Assembly (NCBI GenBank): GCA_951406725.2
Contig: OX597834.1
Location: 5,704,001 to 5,768,000, forward strand
DNA from: Octopus vulgaris
Lineage: Eukaryota
DNA length: 64,000 nucleotides
Direction of reading: 5' to 3'
The stretch's first letter is position 1. Every line of letters starts with the position of its first letter. This document shows positions 13,561-29,085 of the stretch, piece by piece. The position numbers were made by a program, and so were the translations under genes. Under the pieces are notes generated by a model. It searched no databases and was not told where the DNA came from. It worked only from the letters and a program-made list of their open reading frames with translations.

Positions 13561-14804
13561 GCACTGTTTTACCATTTAACCTCAATACTTCATTGCTTCT
13601 TTTCCATAGAACCACCTTGTTTTCATTTACGAAAATCCTGAATATTTTCTCTGATCATCTCTGTTCCACGGTAACAGGCCATGCTTTTACCAAGGATGTT
13701 TAAGATTAGCCCATATCAAGAGCTGTCAGCATACTTCTCTAAATCCCATCCGCTCCAAACTGCATGCCACTTTTAATTTATTTTAATTATTTAGAATTTT
13801 AGAGGTTTTCATCCCATTCTTTCTAAACCAGAAACAGTCATTTGCCCTTTTTCATATTCCTATTGAAATACAGTGATTTGTTTCAATCAGTTTTAATAAT
13901 AATGAAAAATTTATTAAAATAACTCGTTGTTATTAAGCCAGTGTTTGAAATCTAAATTAAAATGGAAATTTCATGGAAGGCTTTAATTTGGATCCCTTCA
14001 AAACAGAACTAGCATCATGGAATTAGGTTTGGGCTCAGCAGGGGGTCATCAAGTGGGTTAAGATGATAATCAGTTCTGTCTATGATTTTCACTTAATTAA
14101 AATTTCATTCCTTCATATTGAATATGGAATCACCCATTTAGCTATTGTTTTTTTTTTTATGCAATTACCATCCTTGGCCATCTCTCCTGAGAAGCTTAGC
14201 TCAGACATTGAGAAAGCAAAAAATTGGTCGTGTAGAATTTTTCTTTGTTTTTTATATTCAATGTCATCATCATCATCATCATTATCATCATCGTTGTCAT
14301 CGTCGTTGTCATCGTCATCACACACCCCCATCGTCATCATCGTTGTCATCATCATTTATGTCATTTACTATGCTGGCATGGGTTGGACAGTTTGACAAGA
14401 GCTGAGGAATCGGAGGAATATGTGAAGGTCAAGTGTCTAGTTTGGCATGGTTTCTAAGGTTGGATGTCCTTCCTAACACCAACCACTTTAACAAACTGTT
14501 TTGGGTGCACTTTATGGCACCAGTGAAGCTACCAAGTAACATGCAAGGAAAAACAAAATCTCAACTGAGGAAGGTGGCTTTATACCAAGCAATGAAAGTA
14601 TAAAGTATGTTAGGGAAACCGGAACAGGTAACATACTGTAGGAGAGACACATGGTTAGTCCAGTCGGAAGAGAAGAAGGATGGGGGTGAAAGGCGTACAC
14701 TCAAGATCCAGGAAGCTGAATTACAACTGTGAAAATAGATCTCAACGGACCTTGCTGCTATTATAAAACAACAGTAATTATAAAGCTCACAGTTTGAAAA
14801 TATA

Positions 14805-15033
14805 GATTTCTTTATTGCCCACAAGGGGCTAAACATGCCGAGAGGATGAACAAGGACAGACAAAGGGAATAAGTCGAGTTACATTGACCCCAGTGCGAAA
14901 CTTTGGTACTTTTATTTATCGACCCCAAAAGGATGAAAGGCAAAGTCGACCTCGGAGGAATTTGAACTCAGAACGTAATGACAGACAAAATACTGCTAAG
15001 CATTCCGCTAACGTGTCTGCCAGCTTGCCGCCT
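14805..15033 (-). mobile_element. OK/Meta-like SINE
   Basis: Family body and head on the minus strand. Confidence 0.85.
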
Positions 15034-15411
15034 TTCTGCCAAATATAGGTTAACCCTTTAGCATTCAGATTACCCTATCAAAAGTAATGCTTATTTATTC
15101 ACAATGTTTTGAATTAATCATGTATTTATTTTGTTGTTTCAAGATTTCAATGATCTGATTGTCAATGGTGTATGGTGGTTACTGTATTGGGTCTGCTACC
15201 ACACCCAATACCACCAAATTTCAAGCAGGGGTATAACAAAAGTTTTCCAGTAAGATTTGTGATTAAATTAATGAGTAAGATTAATCCTTAAATCCTTAAA
15301 ATCCTTAAAAATGTTTTAGCCTAAAGGCTGTGGCCATGCTGGGGTACCACTGCTATAATGAATTTGCCATTTTCGATGGGTGTGCTGTACATACCCAGAA
15401 TATAACCCCTG

Positions 15412-15872
15412 GTCATCATCATCATCATCGTTTAACGTCTGCTTTCCATGCTAGCATGGGTTGGACGATTTGACTGAGGGCTGGCAAACCAGATGGCTGC
15501 ACCAGGCTCCAATCTTGATCTGGCAGAGTTTCTACAGCTGGATGCCCTTCCTAACGCCAACCACTCCGAGAGTGTAGTGGGTGCTTTTACATGCTGCCGG
15601 CACGTGGGACAGTCAGGCAGTCAGGTGGTACTGACAATGACTGACCTCGCTTGAATCTTTTTACACATGCCACCGGCACAGGTGCCAGTAAGGTGATGCT
15701 GGTAATGATCACACTCGAATGGTGCCTTTTATGTGCCACTGGCATGGAAGCCAGTTAGTTACTCTGGCAACGATCATGCTCGGATGGTACTCTTAGTACC
15801 CTAGTAGCACGGGGCTGAAATGCCAGTAAGGTGACACTGGTAACGATCACACTTGAATGGTGCCTTTTATGT
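15412..15872 (-). mobile_element. Structured RTE-related element nested in a piggyBac-like MITE
   Basis: (CAT)n tail then ~60-bp subrepeats; MITE halves at 15049 and ~15880-15990. Confidence 0.75.
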
Positions 15873-16373
15873 GATTTTATATTATTAGAATGACATTAAA
15901 GGTAGGTGTGAGAGGCTAAATTTGGCCAGTTTTAGCAAAGAACAGGTAAAACATTTGGGTCAGATATAGTTAGTTTAAATATCAGAAGGTGAAATACTGA
16001 ATTCAAACATGGGAAATTCAGAATATTTTATTGCAATATCAAATTGATATTTACTTGAAAGTGTTAGTGAAAATGTATGGCGTCAAAACAATTAGTTAAT
16101 ATATGTTGTAGGAGTGCACATAGAGGTTTACATATTTTCATGTCAGTGGAATTATTTGTATTGTGTGAAATAAATGGCCATTACCTGAAGAAGAATCTGC
16201 TAAACGTTCGTATATTTACAGGCAGGAATTGAAAGGTTTGGCCAAGTTAGAATTTAACTACTGTCAAGAGGGAATGAAATATAAATAAAATGTAATGCAA
16301 GATTTTTACCTGAATGATAATTAGGGAGGTGAGGGCCAGACCTGTTTGTTGTTCTGAATGAAACATTCCAGGT

Positions 16374-16421
<48 letters not shown>

Positions 16422-16627
16422 TGGGGAGAGAAAGAAGTAGAAATAAAGTGAGAGAGGAGGAGGAGAGAGAGAAAGTGCAGAATAGACTTTCATGTCCGTA
16501 CATGTATTCATACACGATACACAACCGTAAGTATGTACACCTGAGTGCATTTGTATGTGTGTGTGTGTGTGTGTGTGTGTGCATTATGCATATTTATATA
16601 TATGTAGTTATATATATATATATATAT

Positions 16628-17044
16628 AAAATCGATCAACATCAATGGAAATTGTAGCAGTGATACCAGTGCCGGTGGCACGTAAGAGAACCATCCGAAC
16701 ATGGCCATTGCCAGTGCCGCCCCGACTGGCCTCCGTGCTGGTGGCACATAAAAAGCACCATCCGATCGTGGCCATGGCCAGCCTTGTCTGGCCTCCGTGC
16801 TGGTGGCACGTAAAAAGCACCATCCGATCGTGGCCGTTTGCTACTCTCATCTGGTACCTGTGCTGGTGGCACGTAGAAAGCACCCACTACACCCACGTAG
16901 TGGTTGGCGTTAGGAAAGGCATCCAGCTGTAGAAACACTACCAGATCAGACTGGGCCTGATGCAGCCTTCTGGCTTCCCAGACCCCGGTTGAAATGTCCA
17001 ACCCATGCTAGCATGGAAAGCGGACGTTAAACGATGATGATGAT
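16628..17044 (+). mobile_element. Structured RTE-related element
   Basis: Four gtgc(c/t)ggtggcac...cacc-type subrepeats, ggttggcgttagg motif, (GAT)n tail. Confidence 0.8.
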
Positions 17045-17067
17045 ATATATATATATATATATATATG

Positions 17068-17184
17068 CAGTAGTCCCCAGGTATTTAAAGGGATTATGTT
17101 CCTAGAGCAGCTGTGAATAATGAAAAGCTGCGAATATTGGACATAGTCCATAAAAATGCCTATAAATGTCAAAATATAACATAA

Positions 17185-17233
<49 letters not shown>

Positions 17234-17350
17234 TAATTTAATAGAAAATAAAATAAAATGTACAGTTACTCACCAATAATGAATGATATTGATTATAAGA
17301 CGATGATGACGAAAATAATGAAGGTAATGACTGCACAGCAAAGAAGATTT
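17068..17350 (+). mobile_element. Possible pogo/Tigger-like DNA transposon terminus
   Basis: cagtagtccccaggtatt...ggattatgttcc resembles Tigger-type TIRs; no partner TIR found. Confidence 0.35.
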
Positions 17351-17933
17351 AAATCTCTTCAGGTGAATGCCTCTTCTTCAGGTGTTTTAGGGAATGTCGT
17401 ATCTTTGAGGAACAAAAAATACTTTGTAATGAAATTTCAGTTGGTTGACCACATTAAATTGAAAAGAAACCTCACTCTTTGTCTAGCCGCCCCCCTGCTC
17501 TTTGCTTTTTCTTCCTCTTTCTTGATTGACCTGCTCTCTATCTTCCTCTCTTTTTCCTTTTCTCCCCCCAAAAAACGAATTTTTTTCTCCTAAGCAAACA
17601 ATATAATTGAAAAGAAACCCCTCTTTCTATGACTCTCCCCCCCACCATTTTTGGTTTACTTTCTCCACTGTCCTGCTCCCTATCTTTCTCTTCTCCAAAA
17701 AAGCAAAAACATTTTCTCCTCTTCTAAACAAAACAAAAAAAAAACACATCCAATTCAAATAAAAAAATAAGGAAACACTCTGTTTTCGTTATTTTGATTT
17801 TGATTTTTCTCACGAAGATTTTGGTTAAACAAATGAAACAGCTAATAAAGAATTATCCAAAATTTTGACTGTCTCTTTTTGCTCAATATACAATATCTAT
17901 ACACCACTTCAAATTTTCTCTCTCCTTTTCAAA

Positions 17934-17978
<45 letters not shown>

Positions 17979-17979
<1 letters not shown>

Positions 17980-19231
17980 AGGGTGCGATGGGTAAATTGT
18001 TGCCATTTTATACTTTTAATTTCATGCATGCGCATTGTTTGCTTTTGATTTTGTTGACTACACAGTATAGTAGGGTCAGTTGGGCACCATCTGTAAGAAA
18101 AACAAGACCCTGACAGAACTCACTCTGCCAGAAATTTAGAAATAATATGCTGTACTGCTTGGTATTCGTGCCAGAAGCTCCAGTACAGACATTTCAGTGT
18201 TTGGGTTTCAGAGGACAGTGTAATCTGAGAACATATACCAGAAGTGATCATCACCATTTCATTGTTCGACCGTGGTCGAGACAATGGAATTTACCATGCT
18301 ACGCCAGACTACATGGCCCATCATAGCATTACGGAGGTCCTGTTGCTGGATGCCTGTATCCCTGGAGATTACATCAGGGTAGGAGAGTGTGTGCCCGAGA
18401 GCGTGGAGTAGAAAGGGCTCCTTAGCTGTAGTGAAGGCAATCTGTCTAGGGAGATAACCTTACAAAAAATCATTCGGTTCGTAGCTTAGAAATACTGGGT
18501 TGATGTCCAGTGGGAACAACTTTGTTTCATGGAGGAGGAATGGCCTTCTTTAGTGCTTGGTTGTTCAATGCTTTCTAATGTGTGTAGTAGCGGCGTGCAC
18601 ACACATTATTAGGTATTTGAAAAGACTATGGAAAAGTGATAAAAATCAAACATCCAGTCAACATCATGGTGTTTAGAGTGATCACTAGTGATGACGATAT
18701 TATGTCTCCATCCATCTTCCCACAAGACCTCAGATTCCACATGGAGGCCTACATCAAATGCCTAGAGAAGATAGTGCTGCCCTGGGTCAAGAGAGTGGCT
18801 GCTGGAAGACCCTATGTCTGGAAACAGGACTCTCCACCATGCCACACATGCAGGAGAACTCAATCTTGGCTGTCAGACAATTTCTATGGCTGCCTCATCC
18901 CTAACATTCAGCCACCAAACTCCTCAGACTGCAACCCCTTTGATTATTATGTTTGCAGCACAGTTGAGCGAGACACCAACAAAACTCCTTGTAACACCAA
19001 AGATGAAGGCAAGGATTATAGCAGCATTCACCAATTTAAACAAGGAGGCTGTTCAGAAGAGTTGCAGGAGATTCCCAAGTTGTCTGCAGGCCGTGGTTGA
19101 AGCCAATGGCGATTATATTGAGTAAATTTACTCTTTAGTATTTCTAGATGTTTTTATGTAATTTTGGTAAATATATCTGTTAAAATGAGAAGTCAGTGTT
19201 ATTTTCCTTTTTGCATAATTTAGACACTCTG
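17979..19231 (+). mobile_element. maT (DD37D) Tc1/mariner transposon relic, internally deleted
   Basis: TA-CAGGGTG ... CACTCTG-TA ends; transposase C-terminus 18636-19125 with one frameshift: QDSPPCH...PPNSSDCNPFDY, 37 residues between the 2nd and 3rd catalytic D. Confidence 0.85.
18245..18420 (-). mobile_element. RTE-clade LINE 3' fragment inside the maT element
   Basis: Reverse strand encodes LSYPDVISRDTGIQQQDLRNAMMGHVVWRSMVNSIVSTTVEQ*, an RTE-type C-terminus. Confidence 0.65.
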
Positions 19232-19267
19232 TATATATACACTCTGCACTCTGTATATATACATAAA

Positions 19268-19495
19268 TATTTCTTTAATACCCACAAGGGGCTAAACACA
19301 GAGGGGACAAACAAGGACAGATGAACGGATTAAGTCGATTACATCGACCCCAGTGCGTGACTGCTGCTTAATTTATCGACCCCCGTAAGGATGAAAGGCA
19401 AAGTCAACCTCCACGAAATTTGAACTCAGAATGCAGTGGCGGACAAAATACCACAAAGCATTTCGCCCGGCGTGCTAACAATTCTGCCAGCTCAA
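19268..19495 (-). mobile_element. OK/Meta-like SINE
   Basis: Family body. Confidence 0.85.
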
Positions 19496-19801
19496 TGCCT
19501 TATACAAGTGTCTTTTATAGCCTCAAGCCAACCAAAGCTTTGTGAGGGAATTTGGAAGATGGAAACTGAAAGAAGCTCATCATGTGTGTGTGTGTGTGAG
19601 TGTGTGTGTGTGGGCTTGCATCTGTGTTTGTCCACCACTACTGCTTGACAATTGGTGTTCAGTAACTTAGAGGTGCAGCAAAGGAGACTGATAGAATAAT
19701 TACCAGGTTTAAAAGAACACAGATGTTGGAGTTGATTCATCTAACCAAAAATTCTTCGAGACAGCACCCAGGTATTGCTGCAGTCTAATCAATGAAACAA
19801 A

Positions 19802-20201
19802 TCTTTATATATAAAAGTCAAGTTGTGTGTCTGTCTCCTACGATTTAGATTCCTAACTACTCCCGCATTTTGTGGTGCAGTTTAACCAAAACCGGGTATC
19901 TTATAGTCGTGATTCATATCGAGCCCTTCTGGGTATTAGCACGCGTCTACAATGAGTCTACGATTTAAAAAAAAATTCACCATCATTTTTTTCCATTTTA
20001 ATGCATTTTTTTCGCTATTATATAAGGGAAGTAACTCTCTAAAAATGTCTACGAAGAGTCAACGATTTAAAAAAAAAAATTTACCATAATTTTTTTTCCA
20101 TTTTTAATGCATTTTTTGCTATTTTTTGGCTATAACTCTCTAAAAATGTTTATATAGTTATTTCCCTTACAAACCCGAGCAACGCCGGGCGATACTGCTA
20201 G
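19802..20201 (+). mobile_element. Non-autonomous Helitron
   Basis: A|TC start (tctttatatataaa), CTAG|T end, subterminal hairpin cccgagcaacgccggg, no TSD; inserted into a SINE tail. Confidence 0.85.
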
Positions 20202-20802
20202 TAATAGATAAAAGATACGTGTGTGTGTGTGTCTGCACATGCACACGCATGTGTGAAATAAAATAGAAAATCTTGAATCAAAGATCAAAAAGATCGGAAA
20301 TGTAATACAGGTACATGTTATATGGAATGTTCTAGAACCAGTAGTTGTATTTTTTGAAATTTATTATGTTAGCAAAGAATCTTCAATTTTGTTAATTTTA
20401 GTAGCTCTTTGGAAACAAGTGATTATAATCTGTAAGTTATTTCAGAACATCTGTCTGTAATTCAAATGTTTGGAGCAAATTTCATTCAACACAATTAAAA
20501 TAATTTCTATACAAATTATGACGTCAAAGAATTAGAAATAAAATGTTTATTCAAACCACTTTGGTATATATGCTAGATAAAAACACTCCTTCATATTTTG
20601 GCTTTGTAATCACATACTTGTATGTTTAAATATAGATATACATCAGTATAATAAATAATTCAAATAAGAAATAAGAAATTAATATACAGAAAATAGGTAC
20701 TTGATTAACTTCATAACATTAATTTGAGAAAACCAAAAAAATTATATTTTATCTTGCGATCTATAATAACTTTAAACATGTGCAATTCTCATATATATAT
20801 AT

Positions 20803-21356
<554 letters not shown>

Positions 21357-21413
21357 ATATATAATATATATAATATATATATAAAAAAAAAAAAAAAAAA
21401 AAATATATATATA

Positions 21414-21495
<82 letters not shown>

Positions 21496-22772
21496 CTGGG
21501 TCATCCCATAAGTTTTGTCTGAATTTTGAATAAAGAAAACAAGTGATCAAATGTGATATTTAATTGAAATTTAATCATTAATGTACTTTCCCTGATTATC
21601 TTTGACTTCCTTCCATCTATTTACAAATTTTTTAATCCCATTAATGTAAAACTCTTATGGTTTCAAAGCGAAGAACTCTGAAACGTCAGTTTCGTCCTCC
21701 TACTGTCTTGCGAATATTATGTCCTCCTATTGATTCTGTAAACTACAAAATAAATGGTAGTCTGAAGGAGCAAGGTCGGGGGAATAAGGTGGATGAGGAA
21801 TTTTTTCACAACCAAGCTCTTCGATCTTCTGTGATGTGATCTTTGCAGTGTGGGGTTGTGCACTGTCCTGATGAAACATCACTCCTTTTCGATTCACTAA
21901 AGTGGGTCTATTTTCTTCAAAGCTTGGTTCAAATGCTCTAATTGCTGACAGTAAACATGAGCATTGATTGTTGCATTAGGTGGTAACAATTCAAAGTGAA
22001 TTATCCCTTTGCAATCTAACCAGATAGAACCTTTCTACCATGAAATATCCCTTCTTGGTTGTGGTTGAGCTTTTTCCTTTTTACCAAGCCACTGTTTACG
22101 ATGTTTAACATTTCGATACAAGATCCATTTTGCCTTACCAGTCACAAGTTTATCCAAAAATGAGTGAAATGAGTTCACGAGAATGGAGAGAAGAGCAGAT
22201 GTCAACACAAGATTTTTTGGTTGCTTTTGGACAATTCATGAGGCATCCATTTTCCAAGTTTAGGAACCTTCCAAGTTGTTGAAGATGATAATGAACAGTT
22301 GTATGCTTTGATCTAAGCTTTATTGCCAATTCTTCAACTGATAATGCAGGATTTTATTCAAGTAATGCTTCAAGGAGCTTATATCAAACTCAACTGGACA
22401 ACCTGTTCAATCTTCATCTTCAAGGCTGAAATCTCCACTTCTGAATTTTGCAAACCATCATCTGCAAGTTCTTTCATTCAAGCATTCTTTCCCATAAACT
22501 TATTGTATGTTTTGAGTCACTTCGGCTGCAGAGTTTCCTTTTTTGTACTCATAAAGCATTATGTGCCTCAAATGCTCTTTGGATACTTCCATGTTAGAAA
22601 GGGTTTTAATCAAAGAAATTTTAATTCTATTATTCTGTAAAATAATATTTAATTAGTTTAAATGTACACAAATGTATAAAAATAATTTTTAATTCCATTA
22701 GACATTCTAAAATACTATTAAATTTCATTCACTTTTAAAAATGGTAAAATCGGACAGAACTTATGGGATGAC

Positions 22773-22776
<4 letters not shown>
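21496..22776 (-). mobile_element. Full-length mariner (DD34D type) with inactivated transposase
   Basis: ~30-bp TIRs (ggtcatcccataagtt); transposase ~22592-21577 reads MEVSKEHLRHIMLYEYKKG...WFAKFRSGDFSLED...FHQDSAQPH...PHPPYSPDLAPSDYHLF with several stops. Confidence 0.92.
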
Positions 22777-22812
<36 letters not shown>

Positions 22813-23411
22813 AAACAATTTCTATACTTTTATGCACACATACATCTACATTTTTATCTATGTATGTATGTTTGCAATATATATATACATATTTATATAT
22901 ACACACACATTTACTTACATATGCATACACAATTGCATACATTCAGGCACACTCACATACATATGTATGTTTATATGTGAACATACGCATACACACTCAC
23001 AAGTGTCATCATCATCATCATCATTTAATGTCTGCCTTCCATGCTATGTTTATGCATATATATAAACAGCCACACACCCATCATACCCACATAAACACAT
23101 ATATTCATCCACACACACACACACACACACATGCATATATATTAGCACTTTTATAAACATACATGCCCATACATATGTAGATGCATAGATACTTACATAA
23201 ATACATTCATATATGTGGACACATATACAAGCAGACATCAAAAATTACCTGCACGTTTGCCATAAGATGTCTTTCTTATTGTGACACTGCCTTCTGCTCA
23301 TCCAAGTTTAGAGTTGGTACCATTGTGGTCATGTGATCGAAATTTGAGCCTGATCATACCGTTTTTCTTCATCATACCATTTTCACAATGTAAGCATGGT
23401 GTGGGAACATC

Positions 23412-23770
23412 TTTGGTGTTAGAAGGAGTTTTGTTGGTGTCTCACTCAACTGTGCCCCAAACATAATAATCAAGGGAATTGCAATCTGGGGAGTTAGGTG
23501 GCCAGGCATTAGGGGTGAAGTGGTTGTAGAAATTGTCTAATTGGATTCTCTTGCTTATGTGGCATGGTGCAGAGTCCTGCTGCCAGACATAGGGTCTTCC
23601 AGCAGCCACTCTCTTGACCCAGGGCAGCACTATCTCCTCCAGGCATTTGATGTAGGCCTCCATGTGGAATCTGAGGTCTTGTCGGAAGATGGATAGAGAC
23701 ATAACATCGTCATCACTAGTGATCACTCTAAACACCATGATCTTGACTGGATGTTTGATTTTTAACACTC
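23412..23770 (-). mobile_element. Second maT (DD37D-family) transposase fragment
   Basis: ORF 23442-23777 closely similar to 18636-19100: WQQDSAPCH...WPPNSPDCNSLDYYVW. Confidence 0.85.
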
Positions 23771-23799
23771 TCTGCACATGTTTGCAGATTGCACTGTCC

Positions 23800-24480
23800 T
23801 TGGAGGCCCAAACACTGAAATGTGCACCTCAGAAGAATAAAGAGCACTGATTTGATTTCTCTGGTCGGAAGGTGAATCAGGAGGTGAAATTTATCAGAGG
23901 CTTTTAGCACAGTACAGGGACACTACCAGGAGTGGCTGTGTGGTAAGTAGCTTGTTTACCAACCACATGGTTCCGTGTTCAGTCCCACTGCGTGGCACCT
24001 TGGGCAAGTGTCTTCTACTATAGCCCCGGGCCGACCAAAGCCTTGTGAGTGGATTTGGTAGACGGAAACTGAAAGAAGCCCGTTGTATATATGTATACAT
24101 ATATATATATGTGTGTGCATGTTTGTGTGTCTGTGTTTGTACCCCTAGCATTGCTTGACAACCGATGCTGGTGTGTTTATATCCCCGTTACTTAGCGGTT
24201 CAGCAAAAGAGTGGGCTTACAAAAGAATAAGTCCCGGAGTCGAGTTGACCGATTAAAGGCGGTGCTCCAGCATGGCCGCAGTCAAATGACTGAAACAAGT
24301 AAAAGAGTAAAAGAGTAAAAGAGAGAATATGAGTGGATTGAGAAGATTAAAAGTGGCCGGATTAGCATGGTGCCCTAAAAAAGAGAGCAGGACACCCACC
24401 AATCTCCACCAATGATGAGAAGATTCAGCAAGCTTAGGAGATAATAACGGTGAACTCTGAATAGTTATACATTTTTGACT
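23800..24480 (+). mobile_element. Mariner transposase N-terminal fragment split by an OR SINE (23927-24325)
   Basis: WSEGESGGEIYQRLLAQY before the SINE; EWIEKIKSGRIS and AGHPPISTNDEKIQQA after it. Confidence 0.65.
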
Positions 24481-24794
24481 TTCTACACAATTTCAGTTTC
24501 CTTATTGTTACACTAACATTGGTATGGCATCATCTTCTGTGAGTTATAAATGAATAGATATTACAGCAGCTATTACAAAGAAATGACTTACGCTATTAGA
24601 AAAAAAAAGGATTTTCTTTTAAGTTGAAAATCTGCATCTGTCAAAACCCAAAATCTTGGTTTATGTGACTTGTTTTACAATATTGTTATTAAAAGAGATT
24701 ATGAACAGGTGTCCGCAAAATAGGCTGTCGTGGTTGAATACGAATGGATATTTGGCATGATATCTCTGCATGATACACCCACTATGAGTGAGGA

Positions 24795-27200
<2,406 letters not shown>

Positions 27201-27626
27201 CTGTGTTTTTCTGCCTGCAGATGTGTATACATGGGGTTTTGTCTCCGAAAGATATCCAGTAAATAGATATTATGCATGTGTTTAATTAAAAGAAATCTTT
27301 GTCGATGCATTTGATTAAAAAGGAAGATAAATCACTAGTGAGCCGTGCAATCAAGACAGGTCCGTTTCCCATACAACACATGTTTTACCATGATTGGATA
27401 TTATTGAAATGAACAAAATACACTCTCTCCCTCTCTCCCTCTCTCACAATCCCTCCCACACACACACACACACACACAGTCTTCCTTTCTTTGTCTTGGT
27501 CTCTGTCTCTCTCACTTGTCATTCAAGAATCTAAAGAGATATGACCGAAAGACGACTTGACCTTCAATATCTCAATCTATCAATCTACAAGAATTACTTG
27601 AACAAACTTTTCTCAAAACACAGCAC

Positions 27627-28023
27627 CCAGGAGTGGCTGTGTGGTAAGTAGCTTGTTTACCAACCACATGGTTCCGGGTTCAGTCCCACTGCGTAGCACC
27701 GTTGGGCAACTGTCTTCTTCTATAGCCTCGGGCCAACCAAAGCCTTGTGAGTGGATTTGGTAGACGGAAACTGAAAGAAGCCTGTCGTATATATGTATAT
27801 GTGTGTGTGTGATTGTGTGTCTGTGTTTGTCTCCCTAGCATTGCTTGACAACCGATGCTGGTGTGTTTATGTCCCCGTTACTTAGCGGTTCGGTAAAAGA
27901 GACTGATAGAATAAGTACTGGGCTTACAAAAAGAATAAGTCCCAGGGTCGAGTTGCTCGATTAAAGGCGGTGCTCCAGCATGGCCGCAATCAGATGACTG
28001 AAACAAGTAAAAGAGTAAAGAGT
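27627..28023 (+). mobile_element. OR-type SINE
   Basis: Full family structure. Confidence 0.9.
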
Positions 28024-28548
28024 ATAGAGAGTATCCGTAGCACAGCACTCTTATTACACACAGGCACGCACGTACTGTCTCATCCCTAACCAATTCCTTC
28101 CTTACCCCTCACCACACCCCATGCAAGCAAAATTCTTAGTACTATAAAACACATTGTATATTGAGTTATTTGGTGTTGGATGACATAAAGTTGCAAGATT
28201 TAACCATACTGGCATGGCTGTGTGGAATGGAGTTTGCTTCTAACCCGGTTCAATCCCACTGCATGGCACCTCAGACAAATGTCTTCTACAGTAGCCCCTC
28301 AATCTGACTAAAGCTTGGTAAGCGAATCTGGAATTTGGTAAACAGAAACTGAAAGAAGCCCATTGTATATATGTGTTTGTCTTTATGCGTGTATGTACAC
28401 ACAGACACACACACACACACACACATATATACATGTGTGTGTGTGTGTGTGTATGTCTGTGTGTACATATACGCATAAAGACAAACTTATATATAAAACA
28501 GGCTTCTTTCAGTTTCCGTCTTCCAAATTCCAGATTCACATATATACA

Positions 28549-28584
<36 letters not shown>

Positions 28585-28879
28585 ATAACAATTTAATAAA
28601 TAAAACGTATGCATACATACATATATGTAAATACCTACATCTATATGTATATATACATGCATATATGAATACAGGACACCAGAACACAACGAGAAATGAA
28701 AACATAAAATCAATCAAGGAAACAGACTTTTTTTAACAACGAAAAAACAGAGTACAAGACAAACAACACAAGGAATATTCCCCTTCATCAGCTGCCCCTG
28801 TTTCAACTCAATGCGTATTTCGAAGGTAAGGGCAGAACACGATCTGGCCGAAGCCGGATTATTAACTATATATATATAT

Positions 28880-29085
28880 AGTTATTCCAGACATGAAAAC
28901 ACAAAGAGAAAACACAACAACGTGAGGACGTGGAACAAATATAGTATTATTGGACGCTCAGGAAAGGAAGAAAGAAGGAGGATTTAACTTTCGAGTGGAG
29001 CTCTTCGTCAGAAACATAGGAAAAGGAAAGATCCATGGAAAGGAAGACAGGAAAAAAATCGCCAACGTACATACATGGTCACATT
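28880..29085 (-). mobile_element. PLE-type short element with degenerate hammerhead (28982-29015)
   Basis: Reverse: gttt-CTGACGA-a-gagc tcc actc-GAAAGTT-aaat; homologous to 38153-38340; flanked by (TA)n. Confidence 0.6.

Noticed and set aside
21660-21700. GAAACGTC hammerhead-like half site
   Set aside because: Antisense of mariner transposase coding sequence; no CUGANGA box or stems
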